This document shows, piece after piece, positions 25,605 through 37,379 of a DNA stretch of 64,000 bases. The DNA comes from the human T2T-CHM13v2.0 reference genome, Homo sapiens. The translations under genes and the position numbers were made by a program. Numbering within the stretch: the stretch's first letter is position 1; each line of letters starts with the position of its first letter. The stretch lies in the NCBI RefSeq assembly GCF_009914755.1, contig NC_060935.1. One strand, 5' to 3'. The notes under the pieces are model-generated. The model did no database searches, was not told the DNA's origin, and worked only from the letters and a program-made list of their open reading frames with translations.

Positions 25605-25909
25605 TCCTAACACCTCAGAAACAAAGGTCGAGGTTAGGCAGGACCTGAATTCCCTGGGTCTGTAATGTAAAAGCAGCCATTAAATGACTGCTGAGCACCA
25701 GTCTCACTCAATTTCTCCTGGGGATTTGACCTGACCCTCCCATGCTTCAGCACATCAAGGCCCCTTATTGAGGGGTCACCATTCACATAGCGTCAAAGCC
25801 ATTGAGAAAAGGGGAGCTAACTGTGTCTCAGCCCCAACAGAGTAAGATCCATGGCTCCTCAGTGGAAGCCAGAAGGTGGATTTGGGAGATGGGAGTGGGT
25901 CCTCATGCC

Positions 25910-26185
25910 AGTGTGGGCCACACACTCGCTGTGTGACCGGGGACAGCGTGGGCCACACACTGTGTGATCGGGGACAGTATGTGCTACGCACTGGCTGTGT
26001 GATGGTGGACAGTGTGGGCCACGCACTTGCTGTGTGATCGGGGACAGTGTGGGCCGCGCACTGGCTGTGTGATCGGGGACAGGGTGGGCCGCGCACTGGC
26101 TGTGTGATCGGGGACAGCGTGGTGCGCGCACTGGCTGTGTGATCGGGGACAGTGTGGGCTGCGCACTGACTGTGTGATCGGAGAC
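25910..26185. repeat. 35-bp minisatellite, 8 copies
   Basis: Consensus agtgtgggccgcgcactggctgtgtgatcggggac; copy 2 is 31 bp. Confidence 0.97.
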
Positions 26186-26915
26186 ACCTGGCCTCACCTC
26201 TCTGAGGTGAGGGTTAAAGTGGTTGACCTCCAAGGTGACATCTGTTTCTAAGAGTTATGTCTGGGGCTTCTCTTCACTAAACATATAGATATTAAAGCAA
26301 TTATTTAAACTAATAAGGTGAGCAACTGGAGTGGAAAATCACCTCATATTAATGCAGCCCTCTGCTCCCTTCCCCAGTTGTTTCTCTCTGCCCCCAGAAG
26401 CTGAAATTTCATTTGGCGTTTTTCAATTTTTGAAATTTTACAAGAAGATCTTATTTTCTTCAAAGACAAAAGACATCTTTTAACCCCCTTTTCATGTTTT
26501 CGTAGGTCTGGAATCCTGAGAGAGGGACACTTCTATCTTCCAGGAAAAAAAGGAGATTATAGGAGAGAATCAAACCCACCATCACCCCGTTTCCCTCCTA
26601 GTAGAAGCTTCCAATTCCCAGGCAGTGCTCTCAGCCCTAGAATTAACCCCCATTATGTTGCATAGCAGCCAGCCAGGAGTAAGTACAATGCAAGCAAAGG
26701 GCTTTTTGATGCACTGATACAATTTGGTGAACGTGGCATTTTTTTTTTTCTCTCACTCTTTCTTTTCAACAGAATTGCTCTTACCTTTTGTTCCATTTCT
26801 TTAAGGGCCACTGCTCTCAACCCAGCTATCACTGAATCTTCACTGAGGTGGTAGTTTAAAAAAGACTCAAGTTCTCCCAGCTCCTAGGAAAATCTGCATT
26901 TTAACAGAGAACTCA

Positions 26916-27220
26916 TTTTTTTTTTTTGAGATAGAGTCTTGCTCTGTCGCACAGGATGGAGTGCAGTGGTGAGATCTCAGCCCACTGCAACCTCTGCCTC
27001 TCGGATTCAAGTGATTCTCCTACCTCAGCCTCTTGAGTAGCTGGGACTACAGGCATGCACCACCATGCTTAGCTAATTTTTTTTTTTTTTTTGTATTTTT
27101 AGTAGAGACAGGGTTTCATCATTTTGGCCAGGCTGGTCTTGAACTCCTGACCTTAGGTGATCTGGCCACCTCAGCCTCCCAAAGTGTTGGAATTACAGGC
27201 ATGAGCCATGGTGTCTAGCC
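26916..27220 (-). mobile_element. Alu (AluSx-like)
   Basis: Full reverse dimer; perfect TSD aacagagaactc at 26903-26914 and 27221-27232. Confidence 0.96.
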
Positions 27221-27669
27221 AACAGAGAACTCCTAAAGGTTAAAAACCTTCAAAGGTCAAGGAATGACTTTCAGACATTAGGACAGACACTAGGACAGAG
27301 CTCTGGCTGGGGTGCACTGCCCAGACAGTATCCTCTCAATCTACTTCTTGCAGAGGCCCACCTGCAGGACTTGGTAGAGACAGAGTCCCTTCTCCCTCAG
27401 TAAAGACAGTGTCTCCCTGTCCACTATGCTATAGTTCTCTCACATGGCAATGAGAAAGACCTGGGTTATACCTGAAGCATATCCTGACTAGGAAAAAAGA
27501 ATGCATCCTAGAGCCAGTGAGGGTTTCCTCTCTTAGGAATCTGCAGGGCCATCTAGATGAGGAGTGGGGAGAGGAGGTGCCTGGTCTTGGGGTTAACTTC
27601 TGGGGGGGTTTTAATTTGCATAAATACAAACAAAAGTTAATAGAGTAATTTGCTTCAACAAATAATAAT

Positions 27670-28810
27670 TGAGACTCAACTGTTTAAGAGGCATTGTGTG
27701 GAAATTCAGATGGGAAGCAAGGGATGGAGAGGATAGTTTTAAAAAGCAAAAAAGATATGATTGTCATCCTCAATAAGCTCAAAGCCTAGTGGCCAAGATC
27801 ACCACATGCACAGCATACCATAATACCACATGTTAAATATTATATGAAGAAAGTGCCATGCAGAAAGGAGAGCAATTAATCCACCAAAATGTCCAGAGAA
27901 GCCTCAAAGAGGCATCTGAACTGCATACTGAAGAATGAAGGAGAGGAAAGGAATGAGCAGGGTTGGTTGAGACAGAGAGAGACAGCAGCAAGCACAAAAC
28001 ACATACAGGCATAAAGAAAATGGCATATTGGGGGACTCCAAAAATAATTTGCCTAACTAGAGTGATTTCCCACAAGGGGGCCGGCCCCCTTCCAAGTTCT
28101 TCTCCTTCTCCAGGCAGATACCTGTCCTGGTGCCACTGCCATTCACCCCATTGGTCTTGTGTAGGAGGCTTTCCAGTAAGAAGCCAGACTGCAATCATTG
28201 GATAGGGATGAATGCAGAAGCCCTCAAATGCTGTGCTGAGAGTTTGAGTTTCATTTCAAGCCACCGACATTCTACAGTTAAGGGCAGCTCCTCTCCAACT
28301 TCTCCCCAGACATACCACTAACAGCAGAAGGAAATGAATGAAACTATATGGTTAGCAGCCTTAGGAAGTCCCTGCTGCAGAAGAATGTCCTGGAAGTTTT
28401 GGTTTTATCTTTAAAATTCTTGCCAATTTTGATTTTATACTAGAATTTATCCATGTTTTTCTCAATGTAAAAGTAACATTTGCATTCACTTCCTACTGAG
28501 TAACAGGAGGACTTGCCATGGTCACCTTGTGGATTCTCCTACCCCCAGCACACTGGCAGAGGCCTCCTGGTGTACTGCTGCTCCATTTTGAGAGGCAAGA
28601 CATGAGGGCCAGGGGGTGCCATGCTCACTAGAAAGGAGGCAATGGCAAGAATGGGCTGGAGGGGGACAAAGCTGAAGGCAGGAAGACCAGGCAAGAGGTG
28701 ACCTTGGCTAAGGAGGACAACAGTGATAGAAAGGGAGAGAGGTGGATACAAGGGAGGTTGCAATATAGAGTTGACTGAACTTGCTAAGTGTTGGTCATTG
28801 AGTGGGAGAA
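27670..28810 (-). mobile_element. L2 fragments
   Basis: 'tcctcaataagctcaaagcctagtgg', 'gctgaaggcaggaagaccagg', 'gacttg/aacttgctaagtg' typical of reverse L2. Confidence 0.55.
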
Positions 28811-28847
28811 ATAACAGTCCCAGAGAAGTTTTTTCCCATGGTGCTTA

Positions 28848-29505
28848 CTGTAGTCACTGTTGCTGTGTAACAGATTATCTCTAAACTTAGCAATTTCAAA
28901 CAACTATTTTATTAAACTCAGATTCTGTGAGTTAGGAATCTAGAAGGGCACAGCAGGGATGACTTGTCTCTGCTTCATGATGTCTGAGCTTCAGCTGGGA
29001 AGACCCGAAGGCTGGAGTGATTCCACAGCTGGGGCAGGACAACCTGTTTATTGGCCATTTGTATATCTTCTTTTGAAAAACATCTATGTCATTTGCCCAC
29101 TTTTTAATGGAATTTTTTTTTCTCTTGCCGATTTGTTTGAGTTCTTGCAGATTCTGAATATTCGCTCCTATGTCTGGTGGCTGGTGCTTCCTGGCAACCC
29201 AGAGCTCAGCTGAGCTGTGGACTGGAGCCACACAGCCTGGGCTGGTTTGGGCTTTGTCCCAGCAGAGTGGTTGGGATCCCAGTTCAAGCATCTCAGGACC
29301 AACATGCATGGCATTTTTACCTAGCTTCAGAAGTCACAGAGCATCACTTCTCCTGTGCTCTGTTGGCCAAGGCTGCCATAAAGGTCTGCTCAGGTTCAGT
29401 TAGACTCCATCACTGGATGGGAGGAGTGCCAAGGTCACATTCTAAGAACAGCATGTGGAATGGGAGGATTTTGTGTGACCATCCTTGGAGAAGACAATCT
29501 GCCAC
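28848..29505 (-). mobile_element. MLT1 (G/H-type) solo LTR carrying a 118-bp L1 insert
   Basis: ttgctgtgtaacagattatctctaaacttag...atgtctgagcttcagctgggaagac...ccatccttggagaagacaatctgccaca. Confidence 0.85.
29045..29162 (-). other. Templated copy of local L1 segment 32275-32395
   Basis: Three substitutions and one 3-bp indel relative to the donor; no poly(A), no TSD. Confidence 0.85.
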
Positions 29506-30829
29506 AATGCTCTACCGAGAAACTCCTTTGTCAATTTTCAGTGACAGTTTAAAAAGCCCATCTTAGCAACTGTGAACAATTAAGAAAGAGTTCTTGTTGG
29601 TTTCACCTTTGCCTTCTCCCACAACACCTAGCATCCTATCTTGTTCTCAGAAGGGTTTAGTAAGAATGTGGACGATGAATGAATAAACAAATGAATGGGA
29701 AACAGATTGTTGGAATGTCTCCACGATACCTGACACACATATCTGCCTGGAAAAACTGGAGCTCAATGAAGGAAGGGACCACTTAAGGAAAGTTGATGTT
29801 ATTGCTCTCACATCCCTGCTGTATGTTCTCAGCTAACCCAGCAATCCATTATTTATGTGTAGCCTAATTAAGGTTGTGAGTGGCTTGATCCTTGTTTACT
29901 TAAGTATATCCCGGAAGATTGCCAAGATTAAGTAAAATTACCTCTAGGCAGGCAAACCTCACAGGGGCCAGGCTAGAAGAAAGGAGAGCCCGAGAAGCTG
30001 CCCCAGGTCTTCTGGGAGAGCCAGTGCCTCAGAAAACTTCATCTCTCTTTTTCCAACATACCCACACATCACATGCCCATGCCACATCTCCCCTGCCGGG
30101 GCACAATAGAGCACACACGTGCACAGGCATCCATGAACTCGTCAACATGCACATGGGGCTACTTCTGTGTAAATGCATTCTCACACAAATGTTACTGCTC
30201 CTGTAGTTGTTACTGCCAATTCCAGTTCACTTAATAAAGATTCAGATAATCTAGACCAAACAAAACTCAGTGAAGTCTGAAACTAACTAATCGAAAACGA
30301 TTAGCTCCTCTCAGCCTCTGAATCTAGCCTTTTTTCTTGTAAAACCAAAGGCCAGTTCTTATTTTGATGCTGGCCTTGTACATTTAATGAAGAGAGAAGC
30401 AGATTGGCTTTAGCAGCAAGGATAGGTTAATATTTTTGAATGATTAGTAGCAAATTAGAAAACCTTTCAAAAGGCCATTTTTATTTTTTTACCTCTACCC
30501 CTGAACCTGTTCTTTGGAATAATAATTAACCCAGCAGTATCCAGCTTGTACTCAAAGTTAACAGGACTCCTCATTCATGGGAAAAAGTTTGTGTTTGCTC
30601 AAGCTCATAGCCAAGAGACTATAGGGTGGCTCAGAAACTCAGAGAAAGAAGAGTATTCTTGGCTGCCACTCATCCTTCAGCTGGTACAAAAGAAATGCCA
30701 TTGGCAATTGGTTGTCTAGCATTGAGGCCTGGAGGACAGTGATGGAGACAGAATCCGCATCAAGAGGGAGTAAATGCATGGAAAAAAACAAGCTTTCTCA
30801 ATGTTGAGGAAGTGTAGACACATTTGAAA

Positions 30830-32065
30830 TGCATTCATTTATTTGTTTATATAACACCACTTATTGGCAGTATCGCTATCCCGGGAACAGTGCTAGTCTC
30901 TTTCCTCTGGTTACTCACAGTTTGGCAGGTGACATAAATAAATGGAAGAGTTGATTACTGAATGACAGTGCTACAGCGGAGTTAGGCACAGGGAGTTATG
31001 AGGGTGCATAGCAGGAGATTTTCAGCCAGTTTCAGGGTCTGAGGCAGTCTCCTGGAGGTTGGTGAGGGCTAAGCTCTGAGTGAGTTGATTGTGGGGTTGG
31101 GGCAGTGGGGAGAGTGGGAAGAAATGGGGATAGAGGATGTGTCAGGGGATGGCCGCAGTACATAATATCCTGGAGAAGCAACTGTATAAACAAATGCATA
31201 AAAATAGCAATAGTAGAAATAGTAGTAATGGCACTACTATCATATACATCTGGCATAGTATTAAGAGCTTTCTTCCTTCTATCTAACTTGTTGAGGAAAA
31301 AAAGAAAAAAAAAGAGCTTTGTGTGGATTATTGCACTTAATGCCAAAAACAAATCTAAATTCTCTTTATTACACACAGAATGTAACTAAGTCACACTGAT
31401 ATTAAGGAATTTTCCAAAAGTCACAGGCGATGAACTTGAAACTTAAACCCCAAAAGAGAATTGGGCTCCAGTCTTCATATTCTTAGTGTCTGTGCTCTCC
31501 TGCCAGCCCCACTAAGGCAACTTTTGTTCTTTATTCTGTAAACAATTATAGGTAGTGAGGAATTTTAATCAGAAATATAACATAGAGTTGTGTTTTAAAG
31601 GCCAGTCTGGCTGCAGAGTGGAAGGGAATTGGAGAATGGTAATGGTGAAGGCAAAGTAACCAATTAGGAGGGTTTTGGGTTCAAAGTGGGAGAATGTAAG
31701 TGCCTGAGCTGGGGGTGGAGATCAGAAGGAAGGGTCTAATTTGAGGAATGTTTGAGATAAAATCTTGAAGAGTATCTATGACTGTTTGAAAGAGAGGGAT
31801 GGATGAGAAAGAATCTAGGTGATGTCTACATATATGGACAGAATGGCTAGAAATGCCACCAGCCACCTGGAAAACACTGAAGGCAAGGTAGACCTGCAGA
31901 TCAGAAGGTAAAGGGAGACAGGTATCCCCTCAAGCCCTGGGCTTGTTGATGCCAAAGTACTGTGGGACATCCACAGATGAGTAGAAATCTGGTGGATGAA
32001 CCAGCAGTTGAGCTAAGAGGTCAGAGCTGAATATATTACTCACATGAAGTTGGTGGCTAAATGCA
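30830..32065 (-). mobile_element. L2 (reverse), with MIR at ~31205-31500; resumes 33960-34760
   Basis: cattcatttatttg tail, 'ttttaaaggccagtctggctgcagagtgg', 'gtgggacatccacagatg'. Confidence 0.75.
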
Positions 32066-32069
32066 AGAA

Positions 32070-33246
32070 AGAAAACTCTGTACTGTTTTCCATAGAGGTT
32101 GTTCTAATTTACATTCCCATCAACAGTGTACAACCTTCCCTTTGCAATGCATCCACACCTGTTGTTTTCTGACTTTTTAATAACAGCCATTCTGACTGAG
32201 ATAAGGTGTTATATCTCATTGTGGTTTCAATTTACATTTCCCTGAAGATTAGTGAGGTTGTGCATTTTTTCACATGTTTATTGGCCATTTGTATATCTTC
32301 TTTTGAAAAACATCTGTGTCATTTGCCCACTTTTTCATGGAATTATTTTTTTTTCTCTTGCCGATTTGTTTGAGTGCTTGCAGATTCTGAATATTAGCTT
32401 TTTGTCAAATATATGGTATGCTTTGTAAATATTTTCTCCCATCCTGTAGGTTGTCTGTTTACCCTGTTGATTATTTCTTTCACTGTGCAGAAGCTTTTTA
32501 GTTTAATGAAGTTGCATTTATTTATTTTTGTTTTTCTTGCATTTGTTTTTGGGGTCTTAGTCATAAATTCTTTGCTTAGGCCAATGTCCACAAGAGTTTT
32601 TCCTAGGTTTTCTTCTAGAATGTTTATGGTTTTAGGTCTTAGATTTAAGCCTTTAATCCATCCTGAGTTATTTTTCCTATGTGGTGAGAGATAGGGATAC
32701 AATTTTATTCTTCTGCATGTGGCTATCCAATTTTCCCAACATCAATAAATGATGTTGCCTGCTTTATCAGTGATCATTTAGCTGTATGTATTTGGCTTTA
32801 TTTCTAGGTTCTCTGTTCTGTTCCATTGGTCCATGTATTTACTTTTATACCAGTACCATACTGTTTGGGTTACTATAGCTGTGTAGTATAATTTGAAGTC
32901 AGGCAACGTGATACCTCTAGATTTCTTTTCTGCTTAGAATTGTTTTGGCTGTCTGGACTCTTTTTTGGTTCCTTATGAATTTTAGGATTGTTTTTTCTAA
33001 TTTTGTGAAAAGCAGCATTGGTATTTTGATAGGAATTGCATTGAATCTGTAGACTGCTTTGGGCATTATGGTCATTTTCACAATTATGATTATTCCAATC
33101 CATGAGCATGGGTTGTTTTTCCATTTGTTTATGTCATCTATGATTTCTTTCATCAGTGTTTTGTGGTTCTTCTTGTAGAGATCTTTCAACTCCCCGGTTA
33201 AGTATATTACTAGGTATGTTTTTTCTTTTGGAGCTATTATAAATAG
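32070..33246 (-). mobile_element. L1PB/L1MA ORF2 segment, inverted 5' part of a twin-primed insertion
   Basis: Minus-strand ORFs at 32394-32702 and 32917-33255 translate to L1 ORF2p C-terminal text ([27 protein letters not shown]; [27 protein letters not shown]). Confidence 0.93.
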
Positions 33247-33413
33247 AGCTACCATTCAATCCACAAATCCCACCACTGGGTATCTACCCTAAGGAAAGTA
33301 ATCACTGTCTAAAAAAGACAACTGTACTCCTATGTTTATCACAGCATAGTTCACAATTCCAAAGATATGTAATAAATCAATGTGTCCACCAGATGAGTGA
33401 AGAAAGAAAACAT

Positions 33414-33453
<40 letters not shown>

Positions 33454-33955
33454 TATACATATAAAGTCGTGTGTGTGTGTGTGTATGTGTGTGTATATAT
33501 ATATATATATATTTCCACTACTGGGTATCTACCCAAAGGAAAAGAAGTCACCGTATATATATAGAATATATACACACCACAGAATACTGCTCAGGCAAAA
33601 AAAATATGAAATTATGTGTTTTGCAGCAACTTGAATAGAACTGGAGGCCATTATCCTAAGTTAAATAACTCAGAAATGGAAAACCAACTAACATATGTTC
33701 TCACTTATAAGAAGGAACTAAGCTATGGGGGCACAGGGACATACAGAGTGGTATAATGGACATTAGAGACTCAGAAGGGGTAAAGGTGGGAGGGAGATAA
33801 GGGATGAAAAGTTACCTATTGAGTAGAATGTACACTATTTGGGTGATAAGTACATTAAAAGCCCAGACTTCACCACTATGCAATTCATTCATTTGTACCC
33901 CTAAATCTATTGAGATAAATAAATAAATATTAATAACAACAACAACAAAAAATAA
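33241..33955 (+). mobile_element. L1PB/L1MA 3' end, forward part of the twin-primed insertion
   Basis: aaatagagctaccattc...ggaggccattatcctaag...agcccagacttcaccactatgcaattc + A-rich tail. Confidence 0.93.
33414..33511. repeat. Self-complementary compound microsatellite (TA)n(CA)n...(TG)n(TA)n
   Basis: The two halves are approximate reverse complements. Confidence 0.92.
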
Positions 33956-35689
33956 AACCAAGGGAGGTGGTGAGATTTCCCATGGAGGGAAGGGTGTATG
34001 GGAAGAACAGGAGGCCTAGAGAACAACTACATTTAAAGGGCAGGCAGAAAAAGAGAAGTTGGAAAGTGGTCCAAGAGAAAAATATCTAAGAGTTAGGAGG
34101 AGAACCTGGAAAAAAAAATGGAGCCACGAAGGATAAGAGAGCAGAAAGTTTCGGGGAGAGAGTAACGATTACATCTAATGATACAGAGAAGTCCAGAAAA
34201 AGGACTGAAAAATGTCCTCTGGGTTTTAAAATATGTAGTCCTTCAGTGACCTGTGACAGAACCATTCAGTGAGGTCATGGAGTAGGGGAAGGAAGAGGAA
34301 ATAAGCCAGGTCCCAGAGAATGGAGTGAATGAGAGGGATGAAAACAGATACAGTAGAATAATCTTCCAAGCAACTTGTTTAGGTAGGAAAGGAAAAAGAC
34401 AAGGGACCCAGGATCAAGGGAGAGTTGTTTAAGATTGGAGAAATCTGAGCTTCTTTAAAAGATGAAAAGAAGAAACAAGCAGAAAGAAGCTGGTAATGTG
34501 AGAGAAAGAAAGCATAACAAAGAAATGAGGTCCCAGGCTGATGAAAGAGGACAGAGCATGGTGGGAAGTGGGCCTTGAGCAAAAGAAGGATCCTTCCTCT
34601 GATCGCAGGAACTGGGGAAGAGGTATGTAAGTCCCAATGGGGAGGGCATCTGGGAGACAGGGTTCTGTCACTTCAATTTTCTATTTTTTTTTTTTTTAAT
34701 GAAGCAATGGATGAAAATATCTGCTTAGATAGTGAAGGAAGAAGATTGGAAGGAAGCTTGGGAAGAGAGAAAAGGATGAGAGGTGGGGAGGGGGAAGGGA
34801 AGGGAGCTGCCCAATAACAAAATAACTGGCCAGCTGCACTACAGATTTAAGATTGCCACCTAGTTATGGGACTGTGCCTTGGAATTCTCAACAATTCAGG
34901 CCTAGAGGCAAAGACTGTAGACCCATTGCAGAAGTTTGCCAGCAAGGTGGAGTATAAAATAGAGTCCATGAGATACATCAACCCTAAAATCACTGGTGAG
35001 CCAAGCCACCACCATGCCTGTGTGCATATTAAAGGAGCCAGTGCATGTGAGGTATGTGGTGCAGTGACCGGCATGGAGTCAGCCCTCAATAAATGTTGGC
35101 TATTGGTAATACCAATCGGTTGGTGATTTCCAAGATCATTCCCTATGTTAAATTATAAAACCCAATATTCTCCTTCTTTTGCTCTACTATGCGATTCTAC
35201 TAAAGAAGGAAAGTAGAGATACAGGTTAACACCTTAAATGAGAGTTTAAGATTAATTGCCCCCTGCCCCTAAATTTTCCAACAGGAAGGGCTGGAAGATA
35301 TTCATGAAGGCTATTAAAGAAGATGATAGAATTCTGGATGAAATTAGGATCTGGACAGATTCCTGTATGTCTAGAATGGATTTGATGTGGCCCTTCTTTG
35401 AAGCAAGGGATAACCCCCAATCATGGGGTCAGTTTATTCTCTAAATGGAAAAAGCAATGACACCCCACAATGCTAAATCCAGTCTACTAATAATGGCTGC
35501 CTAGAGTACTGCAATGTAGGGGCATATTTACTGTCCCCAGTCTAGCCCCAACCCCTCCCTCTACATATGGGAAACTGAGGCCCAGATGAGGGAAATGCCC
35601 CGGTCAGCTCTTTAGTTGCAAACTTGGACAATGAGCCAAATTTTCCAACTTGCCCAAGTTCTGCCTGGCACACCATGGCACCATTTCCA

Positions 35690-36170
35690 AACATTACTTC
35701 AATGACTACTAAGGACCTAAAAACTGTAGCAAAGACCCAGAAGCAGCAGATTTATGAATTGAGGCCGTGTTTCCACATCTAGGCACCAGGGAATTACCGT
35801 TTAGCATAAATAAGCCAGAGCATAACCTAGAGTAATCCTGGGCAAAAACAAAGTGCTCGGGGAGCCGGAGTCCCTGCTGTGAAATACTAAGTGTGCAGTT
35901 TAAGCCTATTTGAAGCATGTAAAGGCCTAAGGGCCTGCACATGGGCACTGATAGCTTTAAGGAGAGGCTATTTTAGTTGGAACAACTTTGTTTGGCACCT
36001 AATGCTTATCAAGCACCGAGGGTGGTAGGCCCAATTATAGAATTAACATTGCTCATATCTGCTGAGCCAAATAGAAAGCAACGACTCTATAAAGGGGCTA
36101 AGCATCCAAAATAAAACAGGGGAGGGAGAGCCCGCTAATTGCTCTCATTGTTTTTTCCAGCAGCGTGGTG
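35690..36170. promoter_or_regulatory. Candidate conserved non-coding enhancer
   Basis: Repeat-free; gatttatg, gcataaat, ctattttag, ctaattg and cattgtt motifs. Confidence 0.4.
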
Positions 36171-36409
36171 CCAGTCTCAGAATCTCCTAAGCAGATGGAA
36201 GGAAGGTAGGGGTAGAGAAGGGATAGGGAAATAACTTCGCTTCATCAAATTCCTCCTCCCACTCTGTATCTCTCTCTCTCTCTCTCTCTCCTCCCCACTA
36301 TCTCTTCCCCTCCCTCTGTGTCTCTCTCTCCTGGCTCCTTTTGTTCAGTCTGTCAATGCTTCAAGTCCGTCTACCACTACTGTCTCCCCTGAGCCTAGTC
36401 TATGAGTAG

Positions 36410-36640
36410 GGTCAGTTTGGTGAAATAAAAAGAGCATCAGTCAGAGAGATATGAGTTTGAATTATTCCCTCCCTAATACATGCTATGCAATCTTGGTCAA
36501 GTTACTTAACCTCTCTGAGTCACATATGAAAATACGCTCATATGAAAATAAGAGAAAATACTCTAATATTTACCTTTTACTTTCATTCTAAAAAATAAAT
36601 AAGATGGCAATTATTAAAGGCTTTAGCATGCTATGTCTTG
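36410..36640 (+). mobile_element. MIR SINE
   Basis: tcttggtcaagttacttaacctctctgagtc. Confidence 0.75.
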
Positions 36641-37379
36641 CCCAGGGTATTCATAAACTCTAATGTCACGTGGAGTCAGCCTGTCCTCTGAGATTCAAGT
36701 GTTCAAATGAAATAATTGACTGCACCTCAACCCCATGTGTAGGGGAAAACCCAGTCTCTCCAAAGGCTCTTGGAGGGGGCATTTATGCTTCTTCTGGTTA
36801 CCTCTGAATTAGTTCAGTTTGGAATTTATTTTATTATGTAAAGATAATTATCCCCTTTCCACTCCACACAAACTAACACTGGACACCACTCTGATTCCTT
36901 CATTCCTCCAAAATATTCTTGCTGTGAGACTGTGGGTACAGCAGGCTTTTACTTAAATGTGGGGGAACAGAAAAGTTTGCATCATGATATGCCAACAACC
37001 TCAATTGATTGTAACATCTCTCTCCACTTTTAAATGTCCTTCATTTAAAGGACAGGACTTCCTCACTGTCTCTCTCTGTGCACATTCCAGCCTCCTGCCA
37101 CCTTGTTTCCCCACTCCTTCCCTTCCTCTTTCATGTCCTCCCTCTTCTTTCCGCCCATCTCCATCCCCAAATTCCTTTATTTCTTATGCAGAACGGTTTG
37201 GTTATTTCTTTATCTTGCTGTGTCTTAGCATACCAGGGCTTCATCTTTCACACTTAAAACACCCTGTCAAAGTATTTTCCTCAACAAAGTCAGTCCTCTC
37301 CCTAGGAGGAGTTCTGGTGCCAGCTGTTAATGCAACAATTATGTTCTCCCCACTACACATATCCTCAATCAATAAATGT

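Noticed and set aside
25910-26185. CRISPR-like periodic array
   Set aside because: Units are contiguous with no unique spacers, the context is eukaryotic, and there are no cas genes
25776-26233. Repetitive ORFs (PRSHSQCAAH.., PITQPVR..)
   Set aside because: Products of the 35-bp minisatellite; no evidence of coding
29203-29216. 14-bp palindrome agctcagctgagct
   Set aside because: Inside an MLT1 LTR; explainable by a few substitutions or chance
32394-33255. L1 ORF2-like ORFs as CDS
   Set aside because: Frameshifted fragments of a truncated, inverted, inactive L1
35210-35410. Possible CR1/L3 3' relic
   Set aside because: Similarity too weak to support by eye
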